A DNA stretch of 63,350 nucleotides, the filler included, from Reclinomonas americana ATCC 50394 (taxonomy: Eukaryota), in the NCBI GenBank assembly GCA_048213135.1. It is 7 parts of 3 records of this genome, joined end to end, with 100 filler letters (N's around TTAATTAATTAA, not from the genome) between each part and the next. Parts side by side here need not be neighbours in the genome. Positions count along the whole stretch, not along the records: positions 1 to 14,227 come from PS015052.1; 6 more parts are not named here. The stretch is one strand, 5' to 3'. This document shows, one piece after another, positions 1 through 11,344 of the stretch (position 1 is its first letter; every line of letters begins with the position of its first letter). The position numbers and the translations under genes were made by a program. The notes under the pieces were generated by a model that had not been told where the DNA came from, ran no database searches, and saw only the letters and a list, made by a program, of their open reading frames with translations.

Positions 1-105
1 TTCGTTTCGTTCGTCTCTCTCTCTCTACTTACTTCCTCTCTCCTCCTCTCTTTTCTCTCTCTTCTCTTCTTCTTCTCCCTTCCTTCCTTCCTTCTCCTCC
101 TCCTC

Positions 106-136
<31 letters not shown>

Positions 137-395
137 TATTTCCCCTCCTGCTCCGATTCTTTCTTCCTTTGTTTCCTTGCTTGTCTTTCGTTCCTGTGTT
201 CCTCTTTGTTCTTAAGCTCCACTCTTACTCCCGTCTCGTTCTTCCAGTCCCCGTGTCTCTCTCTTCTCTCTCTCCCTCATTCCTTGCTTCCTCCCTCTCC
301 CTCCCTCTACCTCCCTCTCCCTTTACCCTCCCTTCCCCTTCTCCCCCCTCCCTCCCCCCTCCCTCCCCCTTCCCTTACAGCCTTTTCCTTTTAGG

Positions 396-2568
396 ATGGT
401 CCGCCGGAGCAAACCTAAGCGCCTGGAAGCCGCCGAAACCAAACACTGCGACACCGTACGCCACCTCCTCGCCTCCAACTACTCCCCCGCCGCCACCGCC
501 TTCCTCGAGTGCTTTCGCGAATTCCAGAGCCTGCGCGGCCTCGACGACCCCTGGACCCTCACCTCCTGGCACTTGTACTTTGCATGCGCCGCGCACGTCG
601 CCAAGCTCCGCTCCCAGGCGCTGTCGGTGCTGCAGGAGCAGACCCTGCCGGCGTTTCGGCGCGTCTTTGGCCAAGCACACCCGAGCACCCTGGCGGTGAC
701 GGCGACACTCGGTGGCCTGCTCACGGCGTTGGATCGGGGCGATGAGGCCGCGCGCGTGCTGCAGGAGGCGCCGCCTGTGGAGGACGCGGTGGTGGAGAAG
801 GAGGCGTGGGCCGCGGACGCGGAGCAGGCGCTTCTCGCGATGCACAATGTCGCCGCTGGCCTGGTGGCCTACAAGAGCGTCAGCCGCGGGGCCGAGCAGA
901 TCAGCTCGCTGCGCGAAAAGCTGCAGCGCGGGCGAATGGCGCTCGGCGAGGATCACAATGCGGTGTTGGAGACGGCGCGGTGCTTGGGCGTTGAATTGGC
1001 GCGCAGTGGCAGTGCCGAGAACGTGCAAGAGGCGCTTGCGCTGTTGCGCGACACGCACGAGCGGTGCAAGCGAGTGCTACAGGCCAACAGCCTCGTGGCG
1101 GTCAACACCGCGGCGAGCCTGGGAGTGGCGCTACGCGCTGCCGATCAGGTCGACGAGGCCATGCCACTGCTCGTCAGCGCGCTGCGCCTGATGCCGCCTG
1201 ATGCAAAGTTCACCGCAGAGGCGTCGTACTGTGTGGCGTGCATGTTGTGCGGAAAAGGCCGGCAAGCGGAGGCCTTGTCCTACTGGAAAGAACAGCATCA
1301 TCGACTGTGGAAGCCGCGCTACACGCCGGGTTCCGCTGCTCATCTGGAGTACCTGCTACTGTGTCACATGTTGGGCGAGAATCTCACGAGGACCAGGCTC
1401 TACGCCAACGCCGTGCAGTTGTTGCAACCGGTGTTGACCGCACGGCGGCAACACCTCGGCCACGACCACGTCGATACGCTCGCCACCGCATACTGTGTGA
1501 GCAATGCCCGGTGCTTGGCTCGTCAGTTCAACGAGGCCACTGTCACGCTGTTGCGCGACACGCTGGAGCGCTGGCAGCGAGTGTTCCCGGGTGAGGCGGA
1601 GGATACAAAACTGGTGACCATCAAGCACAATCTCGCCGTGGCTCTTGGCGCCACTGGCAAGCACCAGGAGGCGGCCGAACTAGGTCGGTGGGTGCTGGAA
1701 CGACGGCGACAGGTACTCGGTGGCGATGCGGATCTCACTTTGCTGAGTGCCTCCAACTTGGCCCAACACCTCACACGGGCCGGCGGCGAGGAGAATTTAA
1801 ACGAGGCAGTGACTGTGTTGGAGGACCTGCTAGCGCGCCGCCGACGCCTCCTCGGTGTCGATCACACAGTGTCGCTCGACACGGCGCGCACCCTCGGCAA
1901 CACATTGCGTGCTCATGGCCGGTATGACGAGGCCGTCGCGCTGCTACGTGAGACGCTGGAGCGACAACAACGCAATCAACTACACTACGCGACCGGCGGT
2001 ACGATGCTGGAGACGATGGAAGCGCTCGTTCTCGCCCTCGACAGCATGGGTCGCAGGGACGAGGCGATTGCCATGGGTCGCGATCTCCTGAAGCGACGTC
2101 GGTTCACGTACGGCCTCGAGCACACACTCACGCTGGCCTGTGCGCACCGCCTCGCGGTTCAGCTGGTGGCAGCTGGCGCGGCGAGCGAGGCGGTGCCGAT
2201 GTTGGAGGACACGCTAGCGCGTCGGCGGCGAACACTGGGTGCCGAGCATGAGGACGCGCAACGGACGGCGGCGGAGTTGGAGAAGGCTCGGGAGGCGGTG
2301 GCTGCCGCCGCTGCACGGTGCATGGAACGCAAGCGTTCTGCCTCGCCAGTGGGTGCGTTGACTCCCCTCACTGTTGATATTTGTTTCTTTTGTTGGTTTA
2401 CTCACCGCATGCATGCATGCATGCATGCAGGCGTCGAGTCGTCGCCACCGCCGGCACAGAGGCAGCGAGTTGCGTGTAGTATGTGTGCAGTGGGGTATTT
2501 GGCACGAGTGTGGTGCTCACTAGTTGCATTGGCAGCCTTCTTCGCCGCCTGTTGGTGGCCTGGAGATT

Positions 2569-2600
<32 letters not shown>

Positions 2601-2616
2601 CGAGGCGCAGCAGTGA
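396..2616 (+). CDS. TPR-repeat protein (42-aa TPR_10/TPR_12, kinesin-light-chain/NPHP3-like repeats), paralog 1; exons 396-2352, 2431-2468, 2536-2616
   Basis: Long ORF with recurring 'RR.LLG.DH..TL....LA/LG' repeats. The two 3' introns are inferred by aligning with paralog 2, which shares the exons GxxSSPPPAQRQR and PSSPPVGGLEIQ. The ATG follows a polypyrimidine tract and TTTTAG acceptor, so an upstream exon probably exists. Confidence 0.85.
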
Positions 2617-2671
2617 GGTAGTGGAGAGAGGAAATGTTGGTGGTAATGGAGAAGGGTGAAGTATGTGTGTG

Positions 2672-3990
2672 TTAAGTTAAGTACAGGCAGTGTTTCATAT
2701 TGTACAGCGGGGTTAGTGATGGAGGCAAAGGATCTGAACACGTACAACAGTCGGCGAGATTGTTGATCAGGGTGGTGAAGAAGGGCGGTGCATTTGAAGC
2801 AAGGTAAGTGTACACAATCCATGCAGTTTGTGAAGCAGCGTGTGGTCCGATCAGCACCTGGACAGGATAGGGTGACGGTGAGGCAGTCTTTACATTCTTG
2901 TGCAACAATGTGTGTCACACGATCAGCACTTGGCACTGTTGGCTGAAGCGAAGCGCTTGCTCACTGCCTTGGAGGTGAGCACGCGCTTGTGCGATGCTCG
3001 GCTGTGGCAGCGCTGCTTGGGTACAGTGATTCCCAGCATCCGGGCAACCGTGTCCCACACTGCTCGCAAGTGGTTTCCCTGCTTGCACGAATCTGGGTGA
3101 GTGGTGTAGCGAACGCGATGCAGTCTGTGCAACAAAGCACCTGCTCGGGCCGCAGATGGATCGGAACAGACTTTGCGCCTGCGATGAAGACATTGTTCGC
3201 GCGCCCCAAGCAGTCAGTGACGATCGACGTGCTCGTGGTGGCAGGCGTGCACGTGGTCCAGAATCGACGGTCCTTGGCCACGGGGTTTGCTGGAGGCGCG
3301 AAGGTGAGGAGGAGGGAGTGTGGGAGAGAAAGGAAGAGAGAAAGAGATAGCGAGAGACGATCTGAGAGGAAGACGTCACATTCGTGATGTGCGATCCCGG
3401 AGACAGCTGCGCTATTCTCCTTACCTGGGAGACCATCAAGAGCCATATGCATCACCTTCAACGGTTGCTTGGGGGGCAGCTTTGGGAGGACAAAGCTGTC
3501 GTCCACGAAGACCCTGGCCATGGTGTCGTATGGCCTTGCAATTGGAAAGTGAGTAATCAACACATGCATCGTCGGCAGTACATAATCGCCAAGGAAAAGG
3601 GAATCCCACAGGGAGATCAACTATCCCCCACACAGAACCGCACGCGCGACACACCGCAGCAGAGTGTGAGATCGTGTGCGCAAAAAGCAGCAAATTTAAA
3701 GTGCACAACAGCGCACACGCTCACCGGCAACCGGAGTCGAGGACGGTATGGCCGAGGCCACACGGGCGATGCCGAGAGACCCATAGTTGGAGGGAGGGGG
3801 AGAGCAGACGAGCACGCGACCCGCTCCCTGACAAGAGAAACACGGCAAACAAAAAACTTGTCAATAGTCGTCGGGTCTGTGAAACAAGACAACAACCGCG
3901 TCCACTGTTGTGGGAATAATGTCGCCGCGCATTGTCAGTCGTCAACGCACACCTGGAAGCTGCTGACCTCGCCAGAGGAGATTTGAGGCC
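2672..3990 (-). CDS. Uncharacterised multi-exon protein (orphan family U, copy 1); ends uncertain
   Basis: Exons '...RRFWT...VPIHLRPEQ' and 'GNHLRAVWDTVARMLGITVPKQRCHSRASHKRVL' are separated by a GT-AG intron at 3140-3079. The sequence is clearly homologous to 9118-10069, with the same intron position. Confidence 0.5.
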
Positions 3991-4263
3991 AAGTGAATCA
4001 CTTTGATGTGCGTCGAAAACATCGCGATTGTCGCACGCGCACATCACCGTTCGTTTCTCCGACAAAGGCACGCTTGCGTCACTCTCTCTCTCTCTCTCAC
4101 ACACACACGCACACTCACATGCGCATACATGTTGCTCTCGTGCTCTCTCTCTCTCTCTCTCGTTGTTTATCTTCCTTCTTTCTCCCCTTTCCCCTCCCGC
4201 CCCCTCTCCCCTTTCCCCTCCCCCTCTCACCCCTTCCCCTCTCACCACCCTTCCCCTTTTAGG

Positions 4264-6700
4264 ATGGTCCGCCGGAGCAAATCCAAGCGCCTCGAAGACG
4301 CCGAAACCAAACACTGCGACTCCCTCCGCCTCCTCTTCGCCCTCAACTTCTCCACCGCCGCCACCGCCTTTCTCGAGTGCTTTCGCGAATTCGAAGAACT
4401 ACGCGGCCTCGACAACCCCTGGACCCTCACCGCCTGGCACTTGTACTTTGCATGCGCCGCGCACGTCGCCAACCTCCGCACGCAGGCGCTGTCGGTGCTG
4501 CAGGAGCAGACACTGCCGGCGTTTCGCCGCGTCTACGGTGACGCGCATCCGAGCACCTTGGCGGTGACGGCGACGCTCGGCGGCCTGCTGACGGCGTTGA
4601 ATCGGGGCGACGAGGCTGCGCGAGTGCTGCAGGAGGCGCCGCCTGTGGAGGACGCGGTGGTGGTGAAGGAGTCGTGGGCCGCGGATGCGGAGCAGGCGCT
4701 GCTGGCGATGCACAATGTCGCCGCTGGCCTGGCGGCCTACAAGGCAGCGGCAGTGGTGCCGGCCTCTGCTGAGGTCGGCACACTGCGCGTGCAGCTGCAG
4801 CGCGGGCGATTGACGGTCGGCGACGACAATCAGGCCACGTTGGAGACGGCGCGGAGCTTGGGAGTCGAATTGGTGCGAGTCGGCGGTGCGGAGAATGTGC
4901 AGGAGGCGATTACGCTGCTGCGCGACACACACGAGCGCTGCAGGCGGGTGCTGCAGGCCAACGACCTGGTGGCAATCAACACAGTGGCGAGTTTGGGAAT
5001 GGCGCTGCAGGCCGCTGATAGGATCGACGAGGCCATGCCGCTGCTGGTGAACGCGCTGCGCCAGATGCCGCGTGAGGCGCCGTTCACCGCAGAGGCGTCG
5101 TACTGTGTCGCGCGCATGCTGTGCAAGAAGGGCCGGCGAACCGAAGCCCACACGTACTTGCAGGGACTGCATCAGCGACAGTGGAAGCCGCGCTTCACGC
5201 CGGGTTCCGCTGCTCATCTCGAGTACCTGTCGCTGAGTCACGTGTTGGGCGACGAGCTCAAGAATCACGGCCACCACGGCGACGCCGTGCAGGTATTGGA
5301 ACCCGTGCTGGCCGAACGGCGGCAACTGCTCGGCCACGATCACGCCGACACGCTCGCCACGGCGTTCAGCCTGAGTGTGGCGTTGGGTTTGGCGCGTCGG
5401 TTCGACGAGGCCACTGTCGCGCTGCTGCGCGACACGCTGGAACGCCTGCAGCGGGTGAGTGCGGCCGGCAAGGAGGACGCCAACGTGGCGACAGTCAAGC
5501 ACGATCTNNNNNNNNNNNNNNNNNNNNGTGACAGCATGGTCTACACCGAGCACGTAGCCACGACGGCGCACGAGATCTCGACCCATCGCAATCGCCTCGT
5601 CCGTGCGACCCACGTCGTCGAGTGCGAGAGCGAGCGCATCCGTGGTTTCCAGTAGGCGATAGTGGTCCTTGTAGAGCGTGCGCTGCTGTCGTTCCAGTGT
5701 GTCGCGCAACAGCGCGACGGCCTCGTCGTGTCGGCCGAGAGCGCGCATGGTGCTGCCGAGGGTGCGGGCCGTTTCGAGCGTCGTCGTATGATCGACACCA
5801 AATCGGCGTCGTTGGCGCGTCAGAGTGTCCTCCAAGAGCGCCACGGCCTCCTTCAGATTCTCCTCGCCGCCGGCCAGTATGAGATGTTGAGCCAGGCTGA
5901 CAGCACTCTGCAACGTGCGCTCCGCATCGTCGCCGAATTCATGCCGCCGCTGCTGAAGCACCCACCGGCCGAGTTCTGCCGCCTCCTGGTGCTTGCCCGT
6001 GGCGCCGAGAGCCAGGGCGNNNNNNNNNNNNNNNNNNNNNNNNNNNNNNNNNNNNNNNNNNNNNNNNNNNNNNNNNNNNNNNNNNNNNNNNNNNNNNNNN
6101 NNNNNNNNNNNNNNNNNNNNNNNNNNNNNNNNNNNNNNNNNNNNNNNNNNNNNNNNNNNNNNNNNNNNNNNNNNNNNNNNNNNNNNNNNNNNNNNNNNNN
6201 NNNNNNNNNNNNNNNNNNNNNNNNNNNNNNNNNNNNNNNNNNNNNGCTGACCAGTGCACACCACCTCGCGGTCCGGTTACTGAGAGCGGGCGGTGCGGCG
6301 AGCGAGGCGGTATCGCTGTTGGAGGACACGCTGGCGCGTCGGCGGCAAACACTGGGCGCCGAGCACGAGGACACGCAGCGGACGGCGGCGGAGTTGGAGA
6401 GGGCGCGGGAGGCGGTGGCTGCCGCTGCTGCACGGCGTATGGAACGGAAGCGTTCTGCCTCGCCAGTGGGTAAGTGATGGTGCTTCCCTTGTCTTGTGAT
6501 TGTTTGCTGAAGTCTATTCAGGTGATGCGTCGTCGCCACCACCAGCACAGCGGCAGCGAGTTGCGCCCACTCAATTTGTGCATGGCGGTACGTTGAGCGC
6601 GGGTGGTGTCATTGATAATCATCGGCAGCCGTCGTCGCCACCCGTTGGTGGCCTGGAGATTCAGCCGTCGTCGCAGCAGGCGGAGCAGGCGGAGCAGTGA
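4264..6700 (+). CDS. TPR-repeat protein, paralog 2; its middle part (5528-6019) is a flipped contig reading on the minus strand; 3' exons 6246-6469, 6522-6559, 6629-6700
   Basis: Colinear with paralog 1 from 'MVRRSKSKRLEDAETKHC'. The sequence 'VKHDL' | (minus) 'ALALGATGKHQEAAELG...DHAV' | 'LTSAHHLAV' matches the uninterrupted paralog 1 sequence. Confidence 0.85.
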
Positions 6701-6880
6701 GGTAGTGAAGAGAGGAAAGGGTGGTGGTGGTAATGGTGGAGAAGGGTGAAGTATGTGTGTTTTAAGTTGAGTACAGGCAGTGTTTCATGTTGAACAACAG
6801 TAATTCGCGGGGTTGGTGGTGACTGCTGTGACATTCTCGTTCCCTCCCTCTCTTTCTCTCAAACGCCGTCGACCGCGTTT

Positions 6881-8511
6881 TCACTTAGCCCCCTCGAGCT
6901 CATCAGCGGGATCAACATCCACACACAAAACAAACTGCCGCAGTCGTCTGCTCAGCTCCTGCTCTTCTTTCTCCTCCTTCTCCTCCTCCTCTGGCTTCTT
7001 CTTCTTCTTTCCCGACGGCGTCACAGCCGCCGGCCTGTCCATCACCTTGAACACGTGTGCAGGCACCACCCAATAAAACCTCACGGGCTCATTCTCCTTG
7101 CAGCCCAGTGCTCGCAGCATCGCCGCCAGACCGCTCCTGCCACTCTTGGTCACTGCCTTGATGGTGTGGTCTTCGTTGACGGTCATGTTGCCGACAGTGA
7201 AGGCGGCAGATCCGTCGTTGACCGACAGCACAAAATGCACGGCAGCAAAGTTCTTGGCCAACGGCCGCCAGTAGTGAGGTCCGCCGCCGCCCGCAGCCGC
7301 CGCCACCACCTGCGCCACATCGTCAAAATCATGCATCGTGCACCGCGGAATCTCCACCTTCGTCTCCACAACATCACCGCTGGTGAGCAGCTCACGGCAT
7401 GCAAACTGGCCTCCGGCAGCCAGCACGCCATGCGCCATCTCCTCAAACACATGACCAGAGAGCACCGAGCCGACAGCACCCAGCATGCGCAGCCTCGACA
7501 GCAGGAACTTGACGTTCTGCCGGGCGGAGACGCGCCAGAGCCGGAACAGCTCCTTCATCACGTAGTGTGACGCAAAGTCGACGCTGGTGAGCCTAAAGTC
7601 ATCGCGGTTGACAACGAGGTGCAGGAGGCGGTGTGAGATGGTGTCCTCGCGGTCGTTGAGAGTGCCCGCCGCTCGGAAAAGGTCCTCGGGCATGAAGCAG
7701 GAAAAGGCGCGCTGCAACCCTAGTTGCGCGTCAGCGCCGACGTTGGCGAGCACCATTCGTGCCGATCCGCCCCACTTGAGGTACCGCTGCAGCACCTCGT
7801 CGCGGTCTTGACTGGGGAATGCCACTTGTCGCAGCAGCTCGATTTCCTCATACTCATACGTTGGAAAATACAACGGCACCGCGCCGCGCTTCTCATAGGT
7901 CTTCCAGAGCAGTCGGTTGGGCGACGTGATGAGCAGTGACATGGTCACCTCGTCGGGCTCGTACAGGCCGGGCGCCGTGCCGTCCACCAGATACAGGTCG
8001 ATGTGGTGATCCTGTAGAAAGTAAGCCTCGTCGCGGGACCGCCACACTCGATCGCCAACGATGAGGTAACGCGTGTAATTGTAAACGTCACCATGACAGA
8101 GCAAGATCGTCTTCTCCGCCAGCAGGGCGCGGTAGAGCACATACATGCCGAATGCCGACTTGGAGCTGGCACAAGAGAGAAGAGAAGAGAGCAGTGAGGG
8201 AGTGAGGAGTACTGCGGACGAACCACGGCACATCAACTCAACACGCCAGGCGTGCCCGTGATGAAAAACTTGGACAGCTTTCCACGTGACCGAGCAGGAT
8301 CCAAGCCACCGAGACCGGCAGATGAGGAGTACAGGCGGTCGTAAAAGTCACGCACGAACAGAATGGGTGATGCAGTGCCGGGCCACGTAAAGCCCTCCTC
8401 CAACTCGATGTAGGTGGCGTGTGTAATGTCGTTCGTCTTGGTGCGTGTGGAGGTTACCGGGTCGACGTGCCACAGAGCGGCACGGCGCATGGCAGCGATG
8501 CGCTTCTCCAT
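6881..8511 (-). CDS. Crinkler (CRN/CR)-type P-loop NTPase + restriction-endonuclease-fold protein; exons 8511-8243 and 8165-6881, possibly a short upstream exon near 8650
   Basis: Motif order matches CR-NTPase+REase proteins: LFVRDFYDRL, ITGTPGV|SKS (Walker A), YLVDG (Walker B), ITSP, YFPTY..EEI, WGGSARMVL, SHRLLHL, FAS, G.VFEEMAH..L..GG, YWRP..KNFAAV, MTV..DH.I, FYWVVP...F, QFVL. Confidence 0.8.
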
Positions 8512-8553
8512 CGCCGCTGCAGGTGCTTGAGGGGCGGAGAGAGTGAAAGTGTT

Positions 8554-8586
<33 letters not shown>

Positions 8587-9117
8587 AGACCAGCATCGCG
8601 CACTGCACCACCAACACGATGACGACGCACCAGCACGAAAGTACATAATGCCAGCAACTTGCGGCTCGCTCACTGCCGTGGAGGAGGCGAACGTGCGACT
8701 GTGAGAGGACAGAGAGAGAGAGAGAGTGAGTTGTCAGAATCTGATTCTCTTCATCATCTCTCCCTCACCTTTACACATACTCTCCTCCGATCTCTCTTCG
8801 TCTCGCCTCTCTGGCTCTCTGTCACTGTCATTGGCGCAACTCTATTCTCGTTGCNNNNNNNNNNNNNNNNNNNNNNNNNNNNNNNNNNNNNNNNNNNNNN
8901 NNNNNNNNNNNNNNNNNNNNNNNNNNNNNNNNNNNNNNNNNNNNNNNNNNNNNNNNNNNNNNNNNNNNNNNNNNNNNNNNNNNNNNNNNNNNNNNNNNNN
9001 NNNNNNNNNNNNNNNNNNNNNTTCCTCTCTCTCTCTCTCTCTCTCACCCCGACACACAGCCTCACCTCTTGCTGACAAGAAGCGGCGAGAGCACAGTGAG
9101 AGGGCGAACACATGTGC

Positions 9118-10069
9118 TCACTCCAGCAGCAAGCCGACCTGTGGTGGTGTTGTGAAGAAGACCTCTAATGAGCAGTGGAGAAAAAACAGAGAAAAAAGGG
9201 AGGGAGGGAGATGGAGACGCACCGGTGCTGGCAAGAGCGGCAAACATCGTTCTGCTGCAGGCCTTGGGAAACACAAAAGTAGCACAACTACATAAGCGAA
9301 GAAACACGGCAAAAGCTGTCATCTGCAGTCCGCGACCCCGACACTGTGTGCCAGCGAGACTTCAGTACATCGGAGGCTTACCCAAACACTCTGTGACCGC
9401 TGGCGAGAAAGATGATGTGTTCAAAATTCTATACTTCGCATCCACAACAGTGAACCTCTTGTCCGCGTCCTTTCTCAAGTGCACCACACCGTAGTTGAGC
9501 ACACGCTTGTGCGACATCGAGCTGCGCTGGCACTGCTTCGGCATCGCAGCTCCCAGCAACCTGGCGACGGCATCCCACACCGCTCTCGAGTTCTTTCCCT
9601 GCACTCCCCATACATTGAAGTGAGTTGAGGCGGACACTGCGCAGTCCCTCTTCATCGCGCCACTCACCTCCTTTGGCCTCAGGTGGACAGGAACACAATC
9701 CAATGGCGCAGTGTTGTCGGTGGCGAGAAAGTCAATGTCGAATCGCCAAGTCCAGAATCGCCGAGCCTTGTTCTTGGCCCTCCAGATGCCCCGGTTTCGT
9801 TCCTCTCTCCGCTGCCGCTCCTCTTCTTGCAGCCGACGTAGCTCTTGTTCTCGGAGGAGATCACGACAATGCTTAAGGGAAAAAGTTCGTCGATTCCGGT
9901 ACTCGAGATAGTACTCGAGATAATCCGGCTGCAGCATTCGTTTCCTTATGTCTCGCAGCTGGCGCCTGAAATCCCTGTCCATAATGTGCCGTGGAAAGAA
10001 GGGCGATCGTGACATCCCCATGTCTGCGCAGATCGAAACGGACCGGGGTGGTCTTGTCTCCACAAACAA
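9118..10069 (-). CDS. Uncharacterised protein (orphan family U, copy 2); 5' end in the gap, 3' end uncertain
   Basis: 'RRFWTW...VPVHLRPKE' and 'GKNSRAVWDAVARLLGAAMPKQCQRSSMSHKRVL' flank an in-frame GT-AG intron at 9667-9599; homologous to copy 1. Confidence 0.55.
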
Positions 10070-10474
10070 TCAGAAAGACAACTACCCGTCCCGTCGGACA
10101 ACACCGACGGGNNNNNNNNNNNNNNNNNNNNNNNNNNNNNNNNNNNNNNNNNNNNNNNNNNNNNNNNNNNNNNNNNNNNNNNNNNNNNNNNNNNNNNNNN
10201 NNNNNNNNNNNNNNNNNNNNNNNNNNNNNNNNNNNNNNNNNNNNNNNNNNNNNNNNNNNNNNNNNNNNNNNNNNNNNNNNNNNNNNNNNNNNNNNNNNNN
10301 NNNNNNNNNNNNNNNNNNNNNNNNNNNNNNNNNNNNNNNNNNNNNNNNNNNNNNNNNNNNNNNNNNNNNNNNNNNNNNNNNNNNNNNNNNNNNCTGTCCC
10401 TTTTTCGCCTCCCTCACCCTCTCCCCCTTCCCCTTCCCCTTCCCCTTTGCCTCCCTCCCCATTCCACTCTTCAG

Positions 10475-10847
10475 CGACGCTGTGGACGAGGAACTCACCA
10501 AGGAGGAGCTGGCGCATCTGGACGGCGAGGAGGGCGGCGAGGGCAGCGCCGGCCGCAAGAAGCGACCAAAGCGAGCCGCGGCCGCTGCCGCCGACGTCGC
10601 CTCGGCGCAGGATGCGGCAGAGAAGCAAAAGAAGAAGGAAATGGAGAAGAAGTCGAAGAGCAAGGGCGAGAAGCGCGCCAAGGACGACGGCGAGGACGCG
10701 GACGGTGAGGAGGATGGTGCGCCGGCGGAGAAACGACGAAAGGCATCACCAAAGGCGGCTGATGAGGAAGAGGATGACGATGATGACGATGAAGAGGAAG
10801 AGGAGGAGGAGGATGCAATGGCGGTGGATGGAGGAGATGACGAGTGA
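10475..10847 (+). CDS. SSRP1: Terminal acidic/basic exon of SSRP1/Pob3 on a flipped contig
   Basis: The phase-2 acceptor (CAG|C GAC GCT) matches the phase-2 donor at 11344 of the minus-strand SSRP1 exon. The exon is D/E/K-rich and ends at TGA 10845-10847. The contig is gap-bounded on both sides. Confidence 0.65.
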
Positions 10848-11157
10848 AGGTTGCGGGCATGAGTGTGGTGCATTTNNNNNNNNNNNNNNNNNNNNNNNNN
10901 NNNNNNNNNNNNNNNNNNNNNNNNNNNNNNNNNNNNNNNNNNNNNNNNNNNNNNNNNNNNNNNNNNNNNNNNNNNNNNNNNNNNNNNNNNNNNNNNNNNN
11001 NNNNNNNNNNNNCAGGGTGCAACGAGGAACCGAGCGAGGACACAGATAATACTGTCAGGTTTGGCCTCATACTGGTGCAGAGCCAGACAGATGCTTGCAA
11101 AATGCAGGCTCAAATGACTCTCTCTGTCTCTTTCTCACTCTTTTCCCCTCCCTCTCT

Positions 11158-11194
<37 letters not shown>

Positions 11195-11344
11195 GGACGG
11201 AGACTTTCTCTCGACTCAGGAAACCTGCTGCAAGTAGGCAGAGCAAAACACACTACAGACAAAGAAAACAACGGTAACATTCAAGTGCAACAGGCACACC
11301 GACATAAATCAAGAAAGCTTGCGCATGCTACAATTTCACGCAAC

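Noticed and set aside
375-1058. Long antisense ORFs over the TPR genes, and likewise over CRN and the repeat family
   Set aside because: Shadow ORFs caused by high GC3 coding on the opposite strand; no independent motifs.
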